In this document: positions 13,786 through 25,760 of the stretch, one piece after another | Position numbering within the stretch: position 1 is the stretch's first letter | How the letters are laid out: the number at the start of each line of letters is the position of its first letter | NCBI RefSeq assembly: GCF_009914755.1 | Contig: NC_060925.1 | Reading direction: 5' to 3' (one strand) | Origin: the human T2T-CHM13v2.0 reference genome, Homo sapiens | Length of the DNA: 64,000 nucleotides | Position numbers and translations under genes: made by a program | The notes under the pieces: model-generated | Database searches by the model: none | What the model was told of the DNA's origin: nothing | What the model saw: only the letters and a program-made list of their open reading frames with translations

Positions 13786-15201
13786 GCCAGGAATTGACCC
13801 CCAAATAAACTACATGGACTAGTCAGGAAGACAAGTTCCCCAAAAGAATTTTGGTTTTATGTCATACAAAAAGCAGAAATAAATTCTGGGTTCCAAGTGA
13901 TAAAAAAAAAATTAACTACCTAGTATAAGTGCTAAAACTATACTATGTCCATTTTATCTTGATATGAGTGTTTCTAATGAAGTGGTTATATATTCAGGAA
14001 ATGTTCAAAATAGTTTGTGTACTCGAATATGTTTTAAGACTTTTACTTTCTATCAAAATGGAGTAACAGGGCATGAGATTTACTCCCCGACTTGAAATAA
14101 CTAAAAGCAGTGGACAAAATATACTAAAGCAGAGTTTTCAAGACATTGAACATTGGAGAATGAAGGACAGTGATCCTGAAGTCAGAAAACAAACAAAGTC
14201 AGGCCTAAAATTGTCCCAGTTTATTGCCTTAAAGGATTTTCAGACTGCAGTACATGAAGGCGGAAGCCAGACAATGCCCAGAATACTTCCTAAGGCTTCC
14301 TAAGAGAAGGAGCTGAGATTTTAGGGAGATGACCATAGCTAGAGTTCACATTGCAGAGTAATGGAAAGAAGGGAGGTATACAACAAAACAGAAAACAAAA
14401 CCTCCAGGTACCTGCAAGAGTTCCTCCTCAAGTAATCAGCGAAGTACTGCTCAGACAATACGTCTGAGGAAATTGCTGGAGGCCAGGAAAAGAACTACCT
14501 CATAGAATTGAGAGCAGCCGTACTCAGAGCTCACACAGGGCTAAGGATATTGCTTATTCTCCAGCCAGACTGGGAAATCATGTAATTTACAGTGAATTGG
14601 GTAAATACTCAGAAGCGTCTTGCCTCAGTAGAGGGGAAAAATTAGACATAGACTACTGTTTTTCTTCAGCCTAACAAATCTTAAAAGCAAGACCCAAAAG
14701 AATCAAACCATTTCCAAGTTACTTAACAGAGTCCCAGAACAATGTTCAAGAATTTTAGAGGAATATAAAATATCCAACATCCCACAATGTATGATTCAAA
14801 ATTTCTGGCATGCAATCAACAAATTAGTAGGCATGAAAAGAAGCAAGAAAATGAAATTCATAATAAGGAGAAAAATTAATCAATTGAAACCAACTCAGAT
14901 CTAAAACAGATGTTAGACTTAATACACAAAGACATTAAAAGGTTTATTATAACTGTACTCCATATATTCAAAATCTAAAGAAAAGATTGAAAATGTTACA
15001 TAGAGACATGAGGAATTAAAAAATAGACCAAAATCAAACTTCTAGAGATGAAAATTATAATGTCTGAGATTTAAAATACAATGAGTGGAATTAATGGCAG
15101 ATTAGATATTGCGGAAGAAAAGTTTATTAAACGTTAAGATTGAGCAGTAGAAAATATGCAAAATAAAAAACAGAGGGGAAAAGACTTAAGGAATACAACA
15201 A

Positions 15202-15936
15202 CATATGTTTGTTTGCTGTTTGTATGTCTTCTTTTGAGAAGTGCATATTCATGTCCTTTGTTCACTTTTTAATGGAGTTATTTGTTTCTCATTGATTTAA
15301 GTTCCTTATAGATTGTGTATATCAGTCTCTTGTCAGATGCCTAGTCTGCAAATATTCTCTCCCATTTTGTGGTTCTCTGTTTACTCTGTTGATTATTTCT
15401 TTTACTACGCAGAAGCTTTTTAGTTAATTAAGTCCAATTTGTCAATTTTTTGTTTCTGTAGCGTTTGCTTTTGAGGTCTTAGTCAAAAATTCTTTGCCCA
15501 GGCTCATGTCTTGAAGAGTTTTTCCTGGGTTTTTTTCTGAGATTTTTATAGTTTGAAAATTTAAATTTAATTCTTTAATCCATCTTGAGTTAAATTTTAT
15601 ATAGGGTGAGAGGTAGGGGTCCGGTTTCATTCTTCTGCCTATGGCTAGCTCTACATCACTAATCATCAGAAAAATGCAAACTAAAACCACAATGAGATAT
15701 CACCTCACACCCATCAGAATGGCTATTACTAAAAAGTCAAAAAATAACAAATGTTGGCGAGGATGCAGAGGAAAGAGAATGCTTATATGCTGTTGGTGGG
15801 AATGTAAATTAGTTCAACACCCTATCGATGGAAAACTGTATGGAGATTTCACAAAGAACCAAAAATAGAACTACCATTCAATCCAGCAATTCCAGTATTA
15901 GGAATTTACATTTTTTTTAAATGCTTTGTATCTTAA
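15202..15936 (+). mobile_element. 5'-inverted (twin-primed) L1 fragment, L1PB/L1MA-like
   Basis: 15202-15649 antisense ORF2, 15648-15910 sense ORF2; candidate TSD aaggaatacaa (15188-15198) / aaagaatacaa (15937-15947). Confidence 0.8.
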
Positions 15937-15960
15937 AAAGAATACAAAGACCATCAGATG

Positions 15961-15961
<1 letters not shown>

Positions 15962-15999
<38 letters not shown>
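15962..15999. repeat. (AC)19 microsatellite
   Basis: Perfect AC run. Confidence 0.97.
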
Positions 16000-16001
<2 letters not shown>

Positions 16002-16344
16002 TCTAATACATGTGTAATTGGAATCCCCAAAGGAGTGGAAAAAGGAGAGGGGACAGAAAATGTTTGAAGAAATTATGGAAAACTATAAACCCACAGATGG
16101 ATTGAAGAAGCTTAATAGACCCCAAGTAGAAAACTATACACAGGCACAAAATAATTTATTTACTCATAATGAATGATAAAATGGAAATCTTAAAAGGAGA
16201 TAAAAAGACATGTTGTCTACAGAGGACCAAAAATGGAATGGCAGATTTCTTGCTAGAAACAATGCAAGTGAGAAGACAGTGGAGCAGCAGTTTTATAGTA
16301 CTGAAAGAAAAAAAACTGTCAACATGGATTTCTGTAACCAGATC

Positions 16345-18690
16345 AGTTTCTATTTCAGCTTCAAGATGGAAAGGCCTGGAAAAAACACTGCAACAAGGAA
16401 AATGCTGGACAAACTGCAAATTAATGACTTTCATTGAACTTATCAGAGAGTTGCAATGGGAAACCTTGGGATAGTGAGGCATCTGAGAGAGAAACGGGAT
16501 CCAAGCATTTGCTTACCGAGGCTAACACCACTGGCTACTATAAAAGCCAGTGAGAAGATAGAACTAAAAATCGCTAAAAATAGAATCTGTGGGCTGGCAT
16601 GAGAGTGCAAAGCCTCTGGAGACTTCAGAAATAATAACATTTTCATATTCTAACATTCTTTTAGGAAAGCCTTGATGCACAAGGCTCTAATAGGATGATG
16701 GGAAAAAATCCTGTGATATATTTTCTCATGGTGATTGATGCAGAAAGGGAAGAGCAGCTACCAAAACATTAGCCCTAATTATTTTTTCTATCTCCCTTTC
16801 AGATGAAATGCCTTAATCTTTGAGGGTGAGTGGTGGTGGTGAAGAGTAACAAAACGACACTGCTTTAGGGCACTGGTAGAAACCCACTGCAATTTGGGGA
16901 AGGAAATTTTTATAAAAGCACTACCCCTGAAGAGGAGCAAGAATAAGTTTCAGGCTCGATACTACAGCAAGAAGAGAGGCAAGAGCATTTGTAAAAGACG
17001 CTTCTTTGTTGGACTCACAGGCATTGTAGTAGCCTAAGACTGAGAATTATTTAAAACAGTAGAGAATACCTCCTTTTCCTCCTCTGCCACTAGGCTAACA
17101 GCTGTTGAATACGGGTAAGAGTGGAGTACAGTTGGAAGAGCTGCAAGAAACAGATTCTCTCTGAGGAGCAGTGCAGTGGAAAAATACCAAAAGGGAAACA
17201 AATATTAAAAAAATTACCCTAGCCAACCATCCCACACCCTCAACTCAAGATACTACTAGAGGAATTTGAAGCCTGTGGTGAGCTAAGGCTAGCCATAGCA
17301 ACAACAAATCTCAAAGAGAGCTCAGCTCCGGACTAGATCAAAGTAAACCCCTCAGTAATGGGCTACCAGAAAAAAAGATGTGTTCATACCCAAGCATAGA
17401 AATACTTACCTCAGTCTGCACTGTCCTATACAAGATGTCTGGCTTTCAACAAAAAATTATAAGGCATATAAAAAGGCAAGGAAAAACATATTCTGAAGGA
17501 GATAAGGTGATCACCAAAAGGAGACTCAGATATGACACTCATGTTGGAACTATTTGACAGAAAATTTATAATAACCATGATTAATACCTTAAAAGCCCTA
17601 ATAGAAAAGTTAGATTGCATGCAAGATCAGATGACTGGTTTCAGCAGAGAGACAAACTAGAAAGTTTTAAACAGAAATGCTAGAAATTAAAAACATTGTA
17701 ACACAAATGAAGAATGTTTTTCATAGAATCATTCGTAGACTTGACTTAGCCACGGAAAGAATCAGTGAATTGAAGAGAGGCCAGTAGATTGCACAAAGTA
17801 AAACACAACGTGCAAAGGGTGGAGGCGGGCGGCGGTGGGGTGAAGGAAGAAAAGAAAAACAGAACAGAGCATTCAAGAGTTGTGGGAGAACATTGAGTGG
17901 TTTAATACAGGCATAATTGAATTTCTTTCAGGAGAACAGGAATGGGTGGTAGAAATATTTGAAGAAATAAAAGTTGAAATTTTCTAAAATGATGGATAGA
18001 CATAAGCAAATTAGTCCAAAAAAATTAGAGAACACCAAGCAGAATCAATACCATGAAAACCACACCTAGAAATTTTATATTTAGACTGCTGAAAGTGAAA
18101 TATTAAGAGATGATTTTGAAGGTAGCTAGAGGAAAGATACATTACCTATGAAGGAACAAGATGCTAAATATAGCAGACTTATCAGAAACCATGTGATCAA
18201 GAAGACAAGTGAGGAGCACCTTTAGAATGATGAAAGAAAAACAAAAACAAAAACAAAATCTGTCAATCTAGGATTCTATGCCCAGTGAAAATATTCTCTA
18301 AAAGTGGAGTAGAAGCAATACTTTCTCAGACACAGAAAAATGGAGAGAATTCATTCCTGGCGGCCTCACTTTATACAGCATTTTAAGGGAGTATTTTTTC
18401 AGGCATGAGTACTATAATATTTATCAGAAGAAATAAAGGGTGTTGAAAAATAAATAAAGGTAAAAATACAATTTATTTTTTCTTAGAATTTAATAGCTCT
18501 AAAAGATATCGTTAAACCAAAAATACCAATAACGTTACATATGTTTAGAGTATATTGGAAAGCCCTATGGCAACCACTAAGAATTTTATAAGGTACAAAT
18601 AATAATTTAATATAAGAGGCAAAATGAAATCATTAAAATTGATCAACTAACCCAAAAGAAAGCAGAAAAAGCAGACAAAAGAAACAAAGA
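16345..18690 (+). mobile_element. Second old L1M 5'UTR/ORF1 remnant
   Basis: cttcaagatgg start, ctggacaaact motif; ORF1-like A-rich region 17400-18400 (tgtcaatctaggattctatgcccagtgaaaata). Confidence 0.65.
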
Positions 18691-18704
18691 AAATTATTAT
18701 TGAG

Positions 18705-19217
18705 ATGTTCCCCTCCTAGGTATTTATCAAAGCAAAATGAAAACATGTTTATTGAAATATTTGTATGTAAAGGTTCATAGCCGCTTTATTTGTAATTATA
18801 GAAACTGGGAAACAACCTGAATACCCACCACAGATTAATGGATAAGCAAATTGTGGAATATTTTTTTCAGCAATCTAGAGGAAGCCATAATTGATATATA
18901 ACAATTTAAATGGATCTCAAAATAATCATTATGAGTGAAAAAGTTGGTCAGAAAGGAGTATGTTTTTATTTGTATAAGATTCTAGATGAGGCAAACTAAT
19001 CTGTAGTGACAAAAAGTAAATTGATAGTTGCCTAGAAATAGGGGCAGGATGGTTAGGATTTGGGGGACGGTAATGTGACAGGAGGAAGTTTTGGGGGTGT
19101 TGGATAAGTTTATCTTGATGTTATGGTTTCATGAGTGTGTGTATATATAAACATCAAACTGCAGTCATTAAATATGTGTAATTTGTTGTATGTCAATTGT
19201 ACCTTAATAAAGCTGTT
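18705..19217 (+). mobile_element. L1M (L1MB/MC/ME) 3' end
   Basis: ctcctaggtatttatc..ggcaaactaatctgtagtgac..tgtcaattgtaccttaataaagctg. Confidence 0.8.
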
Positions 19218-19502
19218 GGGAAAATATGTTTAAAGCAAACATTTATTATATAGCACCTCGTTGTTTGAAACAACTGTATTTTTCATTTCCTTACAACTTT
19301 ACTGTGCTTCCATAAATTTGTTCTCTTATTAATATTTTTTTGGATGCAGGATCAGAATATCGTGGCTACCTTCTCTTATACAAAAGTTGTGGTCCCAGAA
19401 TATTAATACATTTGTGGTACATCATATGCTACTTAGTAGTATCACAACATCCAACATTCTGACTTTTAATTTCCATTTCGTTTTCTCTCCGCTAAGTCAT
19501 TA

Positions 19503-19902
19503 TGTGGCGAGCAGCTCACCAAAGCATTTTCCTTTTATTTCTGTGCACACAGCTGGACCATATTTTCCATCTTCCATTGCAGTTAGATGTGGCCATTTGA
19601 CTGAGTTCCAGCTAATGGCATATAAACTGAAGTGATAGGTACCACTTTCAGACCTGGCCCATAAACACCTGTTGTACCCTTCTTGTCTTTCCTCATTGTC
19701 TGGCCGAATGAGGACCCCTCTAAGACCCTATAAAACAGCAGAGCCACAATGTAAAAATGTCTTTATGCGTTGAAATGTAAAAAGCTGTCTCTTTAGCTAC
19801 ACAACTAAACTGTTGTGTTGTCATGAATTAAATTTTATTGGAACAAGACATGAAATTTGGTGGTCGGTTTGCGACAGCATTCGTATTATCATAACTAATA
19901 TA
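19503..19902 (+). mobile_element. MaLR solo LTR (MLT1H/I-like)
   Basis: tgtggc start; ttgcagttagatgtggccatttgactgagttccagctaatgg; ends actaatata. Confidence 0.8.
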
Positions 19903-21808
19903 CGTTGTTAATTTTTACAGCATTAACGGTGGTGATAAAGGTAACCCTTAAGATGGCAGTGTCTTTTCCAAAGTGTCTTTTTTGAGCTCTTTTTATACAT
20001 GTTACTCTGGTGCCAAACTCACAATAGATATTTAATAAATGCCTTTTAAGTTTATTGACTTATTTTGTTCCTTTTCTTTTTGGAATACAGCAACAAAAAA
20101 GAGACTATCCTATTATTTGTTTCAATTAGCATTTAGTTATGATAAAATTAAAAGTAAATTTTAGAGGTTTTGTCAATACAATTGTCTTACAGTAGCTTTC
20201 TCTATTATCTGCAAGAATAAAAATATAACATTGGAATTGAGGGAAATTATTATTATTGAAATAGAGCGTATATAAGGATTTGTAGTTACTTGCAGAAAAC
20301 TTATTCACACTTTTGATCAAAATTCCATTATACAATTCCAAATTATGTTTTCAAAAACAAATTACAAAACAAAATGTTCTTTTTTAGTGCCATATCATCT
20401 TGTAAAAGCATTATTTTCATGAATAGTGATATTTCATTTCAATTTGTGGGTGTTATTTCTAAAGAAACTATTAACTGGCTCTATTTCTCTGCAGGATTTA
20501 CTGAAACAAACTTGACTACATGAATACAGAAGAAATGTAGTTGTTTGGTTCTACTATCAAACTAACTGGTAATTGTTAAAAAGTTAATCCCGTGGCATTC
20601 TATTTCTGCGACACCGCCTCCACTAGACACTTGCTCCACCTTGCAAGTGGCATAACCACAGACTCTAAATTCAACACCTCAGAGGAGGAAAAAAGGAGGC
20701 TTTTATTAAATTGCAAGAAATAGCCTTTCTAGAGAAATTACTTCAATCACAGAAGAATTGCTATTGCTTTAAGGAGTGAAAAAGGAATATATGTGGATAG
20801 TTGGGTCTGGAGTTTAGAGAGGGAGGTGTGAAATGGCCACTCAAAGATGTAGATAAATCCCCTCTTTTGCAGCAAATTGTTGAATCGGAGTCCTTGCTTG
20901 ACAAGTTACAGATGGGCTCTGAAAAAATGCAAGCTAATTCAGTTCAGAGGGTAGTATTACCTTGGGCGATGCACTTTACAAACTGAGATCACAGATGTTC
21001 AATGAACATCAAGATATTCTTGATGAAGCTCTGTCCGTATGACTTTATTTGCTTATTTATTAGATATAAATATTCACTAGAGAAGTAGACACATGTTTAG
21101 TAACTAGTAAACTCATTTCATAAATACTTAAAATAAAATCTTTATTCAAAGAGTGGAGAGCTTAATAGCTCAAATAGGTTGGGAATACCCCAAAGAGAGG
21201 TTGAAGAGAAAGCCTTGAGGCAGTTCATAGGTCACAGACCTTCAGACGAGTGAGGAGTCACTCAAAAACTCTCCTCTATACCTTATTCAAAATATATGAA
21301 TGGACTTAACGTGAACAAGTTAACTCCATTCCTTTTTCCTGGAAGATCATAAATAGAAAATCAAAGTGCTAAAATCAGAGGGCTAAAAAGGACTTACAGA
21401 AGTCACAGAGTTCACCAGTTTGCCTCCCAGCATAGGATGGCATCTAAGTCTAACAAGACAGGTGATGAATATTCTTAAAGGCAGCCGATGGTTCACCCTG
21501 TTCAAATGGATGTCCAACTACTGTTTATTAAAAGAAAGAGCCTTTAAAAAACTAATACTAGTGGCAAACCCTTCTAACTTAAACGTGTGCAATATCAGAA
21601 GCCACCAATGCTCTCATAGAGTTTTACATTTCTTGGACTCCTCACCAACCCTAGGCAGTGTGATTTAGAATTATAAGTTTTGAATCACTTATCTGTGGAC
21701 TAATGGGACAGATATTTTTTTAAAAACACTTTTGGCCTTTACTTTTCACCCCATTCACAAGCAGTTGGGATTAGGTTTAACAATGTTTTCCTGTGTCCTT
21801 TTCTGCTC

Positions 21809-22259
21809 TGCTATAGTTTGGGTATTTGTCCCCTCCAAATATCATGTTGAAATTTAATCCCCAGAGTCATGTTGTTGGGAGGTGCGACCTAGTGGGAGGT
21901 GTTTGGGTTGTGGAGGGTGATGCCTCATGAACAGCCTGGTGGTATTCTGGTGGCAGTGAGTGAGTTCTTACTCTCATGAGAATCAATTGGTTCTTGAGGG
22001 CATAAATTAGTTTCCCCAAGAGTGGGTTGATATAATGCCAGGACACCTCTGGGGTTGGGCCCCTCCTTGCTTATGATCACTTTCCTTTTGACCTTCTCTC
22101 TCATGTTCTGATGCAGCACAAAAACCATCATTAGAAGACAGAAGCCAGTGCCATGCTCCTTGTATGATCAGCAGAACTATGAGCTAAAGAAGCTTATTTT
22201 CTTTATAAATTACCCAGACTCCACTGTTCCTTTATAGCAACACAAAATGGACTAAGACA
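21809..22259 (+). mobile_element. MaLR solo LTR (MSTB-like)
   Basis: tgctatagtttgg..ctttataaattaccca..tatagcaacacaaaatggactaagaca, TG..CA termini. Confidence 0.88.
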
Positions 22260-22974
22260 TTATCCCTCTGTCTTATTCCTAGGGTCATGATTTGTGATTA
22301 GAAAAATCTGGCGTAATAGAGAGAACTCTGGACAAGAGTCAGGAGTCTCAGATTCTAGTGTTACTTTCATGATGTACTTTGAGGCCTTGGACAATTCATT
22401 TGGCTTCTCTGAGAGAGGTTGTAATAACCTCAGAAGTCACTTTAATTCTATCAAATGCTATTTGTTGAATACCTATTATGTGACACTCACTTTACAAGCA
22501 TGCTGTTATTTAATCCCACAACCCTTTCAGATATTCAGTAACTTGTCCAATGTCACCAGGTGGGCCAGTGGCAGTGTAGGATATGAATATTTGCTTTACT
22601 TCTCAGGGTATCTCCCAACCCTACTGTTAGTCTTGGAATGAAAGGTGCTATGTTAGGAGCATCTGGGAAGGCAAGAATTTTTGCCTTTGACTAATGCCAT
22701 TTCTAGCATGAATTGAAATCATCAAAAACAAGGAAACAACTTTTTTCCCTATCTAAACCCCCAGATAAAGAAGACTGTGGTCTGCTGAGAACCAGATTTC
22801 AATGTCTGGGGACACTAACCTATTGTCAGTGATATAAAGGGAGTTGTAGAAAAATGTTAACTGCTTTCTGGCTTTACTATGTTTAAATTCTGACACCTTA
22901 GCAGTCTTATTGATAGCAAATAGGCATTATAATCTGTTCGAGGATTATTGTCAGCAGCGAACAATAGTTGAGAT

Positions 22975-23204
22975 GTGTGGTCCTCAATTGGTGGCAATTT
23001 TACACCCCTCCCCACCACTGCAAAATTTTGCAATGTTTGGAGACATTTTGATTGTCACATCTGTGGACTCGGTGCTCTATTAACATCTATCTGGTGGGCA
23101 GAAGCCAGGGATGCTATTAAACATCTTACAATGTGCAAAACAGCCCCTACAACAAAGAATTATCTGGTCCAAAAATGTCAATAATGCTGAGAGAAGAAAT
23201 TCTG
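22975..23204 (+). mobile_element. MER20 (hAT-Charlie MITE)
   Basis: gcaatgtttggagacatttttgattgtcac..gccagggatgctattaaacatc..caacaaagaattatctggtccaaaaatgtcaataatgctgag. Confidence 0.88.
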
Positions 23205-23214
23205 GCTTAGTTCA

Positions 23215-23780
23215 AAAACATCTCTTTAATGCCATCTTTGTGCCAGACAGTCTGCTAGTTGCTAGGGATGTGAAATGAATAGGAAATAATCTGTATTCCT
23301 GGAAGATATCTGTCTATAGGAGGAGCAAGTAAGCAGTTTCAGGGTAGTGTGGTAGATGCTCTGCTGGTGGTACATGTAGCAAATCACTGATGGGCCAGTG
23401 AAACCTTATTGGAGAGTCAGAGAAAGTATCTTGGAAGTGATTTGGCCAAGTGGAAGGAGATGGAGATAGGTGAATAGTGATGTTGCTCCAGGCAGAGGAA
23501 ATACCATAATCGGTCTCAAAGCTGTTAAATAGCATAGTCAATTAGTCATTACTGAAGACTAGAGAGGGGAGCATGGAGAACCAGAAGATAAATCTGGAGG
23601 TATAGGGATAGGCCAGGACACAGGGGGACTTATTATGGGGAGGATTTTGGATATTGTCACTGGCATGTTATCACATCTTAACCTTTCTGATGGTCCTTTT
23701 GTTTTTTACATGGGAGTAATTCAAGAATGAGTTAGCAGGAGATCAACAAAGGTTTCAGATAGGGGCTACTATGAACAGGA
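23215..23780 (-). mobile_element. L2 fragment
   Basis: tgtgccagacagtctgctagttgctaggg..ccaggcagaggaaatacc. Confidence 0.6.
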
Positions 23781-24110
23781 CTGGAAGCAGAGTGGTAGAC
23801 CACTGAAAAGGGAATCAAAGAGGGAAATAAGGGCCCAGCTGTGTTTTCTCTCAGTGATGCATTCTGATGAGCCATCCTGCTGCCCAGAACAGTGATCATT
23901 TCTAAGATTTAAGCAGCTATGTCTGTAGTTTAGATTTTGATGACCAGACCCACTTTAATTCAGGTCAAAGGTTGACCTGAGATTAGGACAAGGAGACAAG
24001 ATTATTAGACAACCTGAAGATTAGCTGGCAGAGTTTTATTGTCATACAAAGCGATGTCTGACACTTCAGATGTCGAATCATTCAAGAGACTACTTATTTT
24101 TCTACTTATT

Positions 24111-25760
24111 TGGTCTGAAATAACTAATTATACAGTGTGATAAAGGAGATTTATACATTTTTCCCCCGACAGTATTGGGCTGAAGGCACAATTTCCATTT
24201 GTGACCATAGTCCATCCCAATCCAGTGCAATTTATTATTATTGCATTACTTCCTTAATATGCTGACAAGGGTCACATGGCACTGATACGTTTATTGTCTG
24301 AACTATCTTTTCTTCAGTGCTAACTTGGGCTACAAAGTTCCAACATTATTTAATCTTGCCACTAGTTGCAAAGTCATTCTCCCTTAGTGGTGGTGTTTTG
24401 GGTCAGCTTTATTCTATAAATGAGGATAAGAATAAATAGTTGAAAGTGGGTATTTGGGAGTTCATGTAGTAAAGAAGTGGAAGCCCACGTGAACTCTTTC
24501 ACAGACATAACAGCGGCTGTAATGTTGAGATGTCTGTAGGTCAGTACGTCAGTTGGTGTTCATCTTGTATTCATGTTCGTCCTCATGTACAGAGGCTCTG
24601 CCCAGGCTAAGCAGGGATGTGCATAGTGAAAAGGAATTGTACAATGTCAAGGCTTGTCTACATCTTCCCCAAGAATTCCACAGCCATTTGTATTTTCCCA
24701 AATATAACAGTGCTGTGCCAGTCTGGATTCAAGACTGGTAAAGAAAATAAGGTTGCCTTCTGGTCTGAAAATATAAATTAGTAACACATTTTTAAAGAAT
24801 GAAAGAAACAGAGGAAGGAACAAAGTCTCCAGGCTTAATCTCAGCTTCTCAGAATTCTGAGAAGCCGCAGTTCTGGGCCTGGGTTTCTGCTTTCCCATCC
24901 ATCCTAAGCTGCTGTTCTCATTGCCATCTTCTGCTATATGTTGAGAGAGCATGTTTTTTTTTTTTTTCCTCTTGGAATTTCCCTAAGTATCTAAATTATG
25001 ACTGAATAGAAATAAACTTTCAGGATAGTGGGCCAAGCCTATGTAGCTAATATTTGTTCTCAATTAGGCCTGTTTCCTAATTTCAGTCTCTTTGGGTTAG
25101 AGAGGTATAGGAGATTCCTCCACACATATAAATCCCTTTCTGTGAGTGTCTTCCAAACTTTTCTGGGTCTCCAGAAATAATGAGCACATATAATGGTGTG
25201 TCTGAAAAGGAGAAAGGACTGGTTTACAAGGTTTACCAGCTCTAGCTCAAGTGCTATTTAGAGAAGGTCCTACTTCACTTTTTACTGTGTAAACACTGAG
25301 TCAAATGAATTTATTTCTGGGGTTAACATTTATTGTCTGAAATCTATTATATGCAAAGTAATTCCATTTGAGACCATATTTTAGATTTCCTGGTAGCAGT
25401 TGAAACAAATTATTTCCAGATTATTTTTCTAGCACCATATTTTAAGAAACAAATTTTCTTTGTCATCTTTTAATGGATATGTTGGGTTGGACAATACTTG
25501 ATTTGTAAGACAAGGGTAAGTTACTTCCCATAACATTGTACTTTTCTTCTTTGGGTATAGGATCAAAGTAAAATCCCTTAATTTTGAAGACTGTCATTAG
25601 TGCCATTAGAATTTATTCAGTTAGCTTGCAGGTTACTATTTTTGCTAATATGAATTTTCACAAACCTAGTGGTCTGTAAACAACTAATTATATAGTGTGA
25701 CAAAGGAGAATTATACATTTCTCACCCAAAAGTGTTGTGCTGAAGTCACAATTTTCATTT
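24111..25760 (+). repeat. Dispersed ~90-bp direct duplication (24111-24200 and 25670-25760)
   Basis: 68/80 identity in ungapped alignment of 24121-24200 with 25681-25760 (offset 1560). Confidence 0.92.
24844..24865. repeat. Perfect 22-bp palindrome with two abutting TTCN3GAA motifs
   Basis: gcttctcagaattctgagaagc equals its own reverse complement. Confidence 0.95.

Larger units (their letters stand above)
14035..16330 (+). mobile_element. Old L1M 5'UTR plus ORF1 remnant (L1MC/ME-type), split by a younger L1 and a (CA)n
   Basis: aaaatggagtaacaggg..ggacaaaatata..gttttcaagacattg 5' end; ORF1-like tgtgtaattggaatccccaaagg resumes after 15999. Confidence 0.75.

Noticed and set aside
17817-17842. 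G-rich tract as a G-quadruplex
   Set aside because: It has fewer than four G3 runs and lies inside an L1M fossil.
24111-25680. Three tggtctg(t)aaa motifs as possible box D ends of a C/D snoRNA array
   Set aside because: No properly spaced RTGATGA box C or terminal stems, the shared sequence lies downstream of the motif, and the third copy lacks CTGA.
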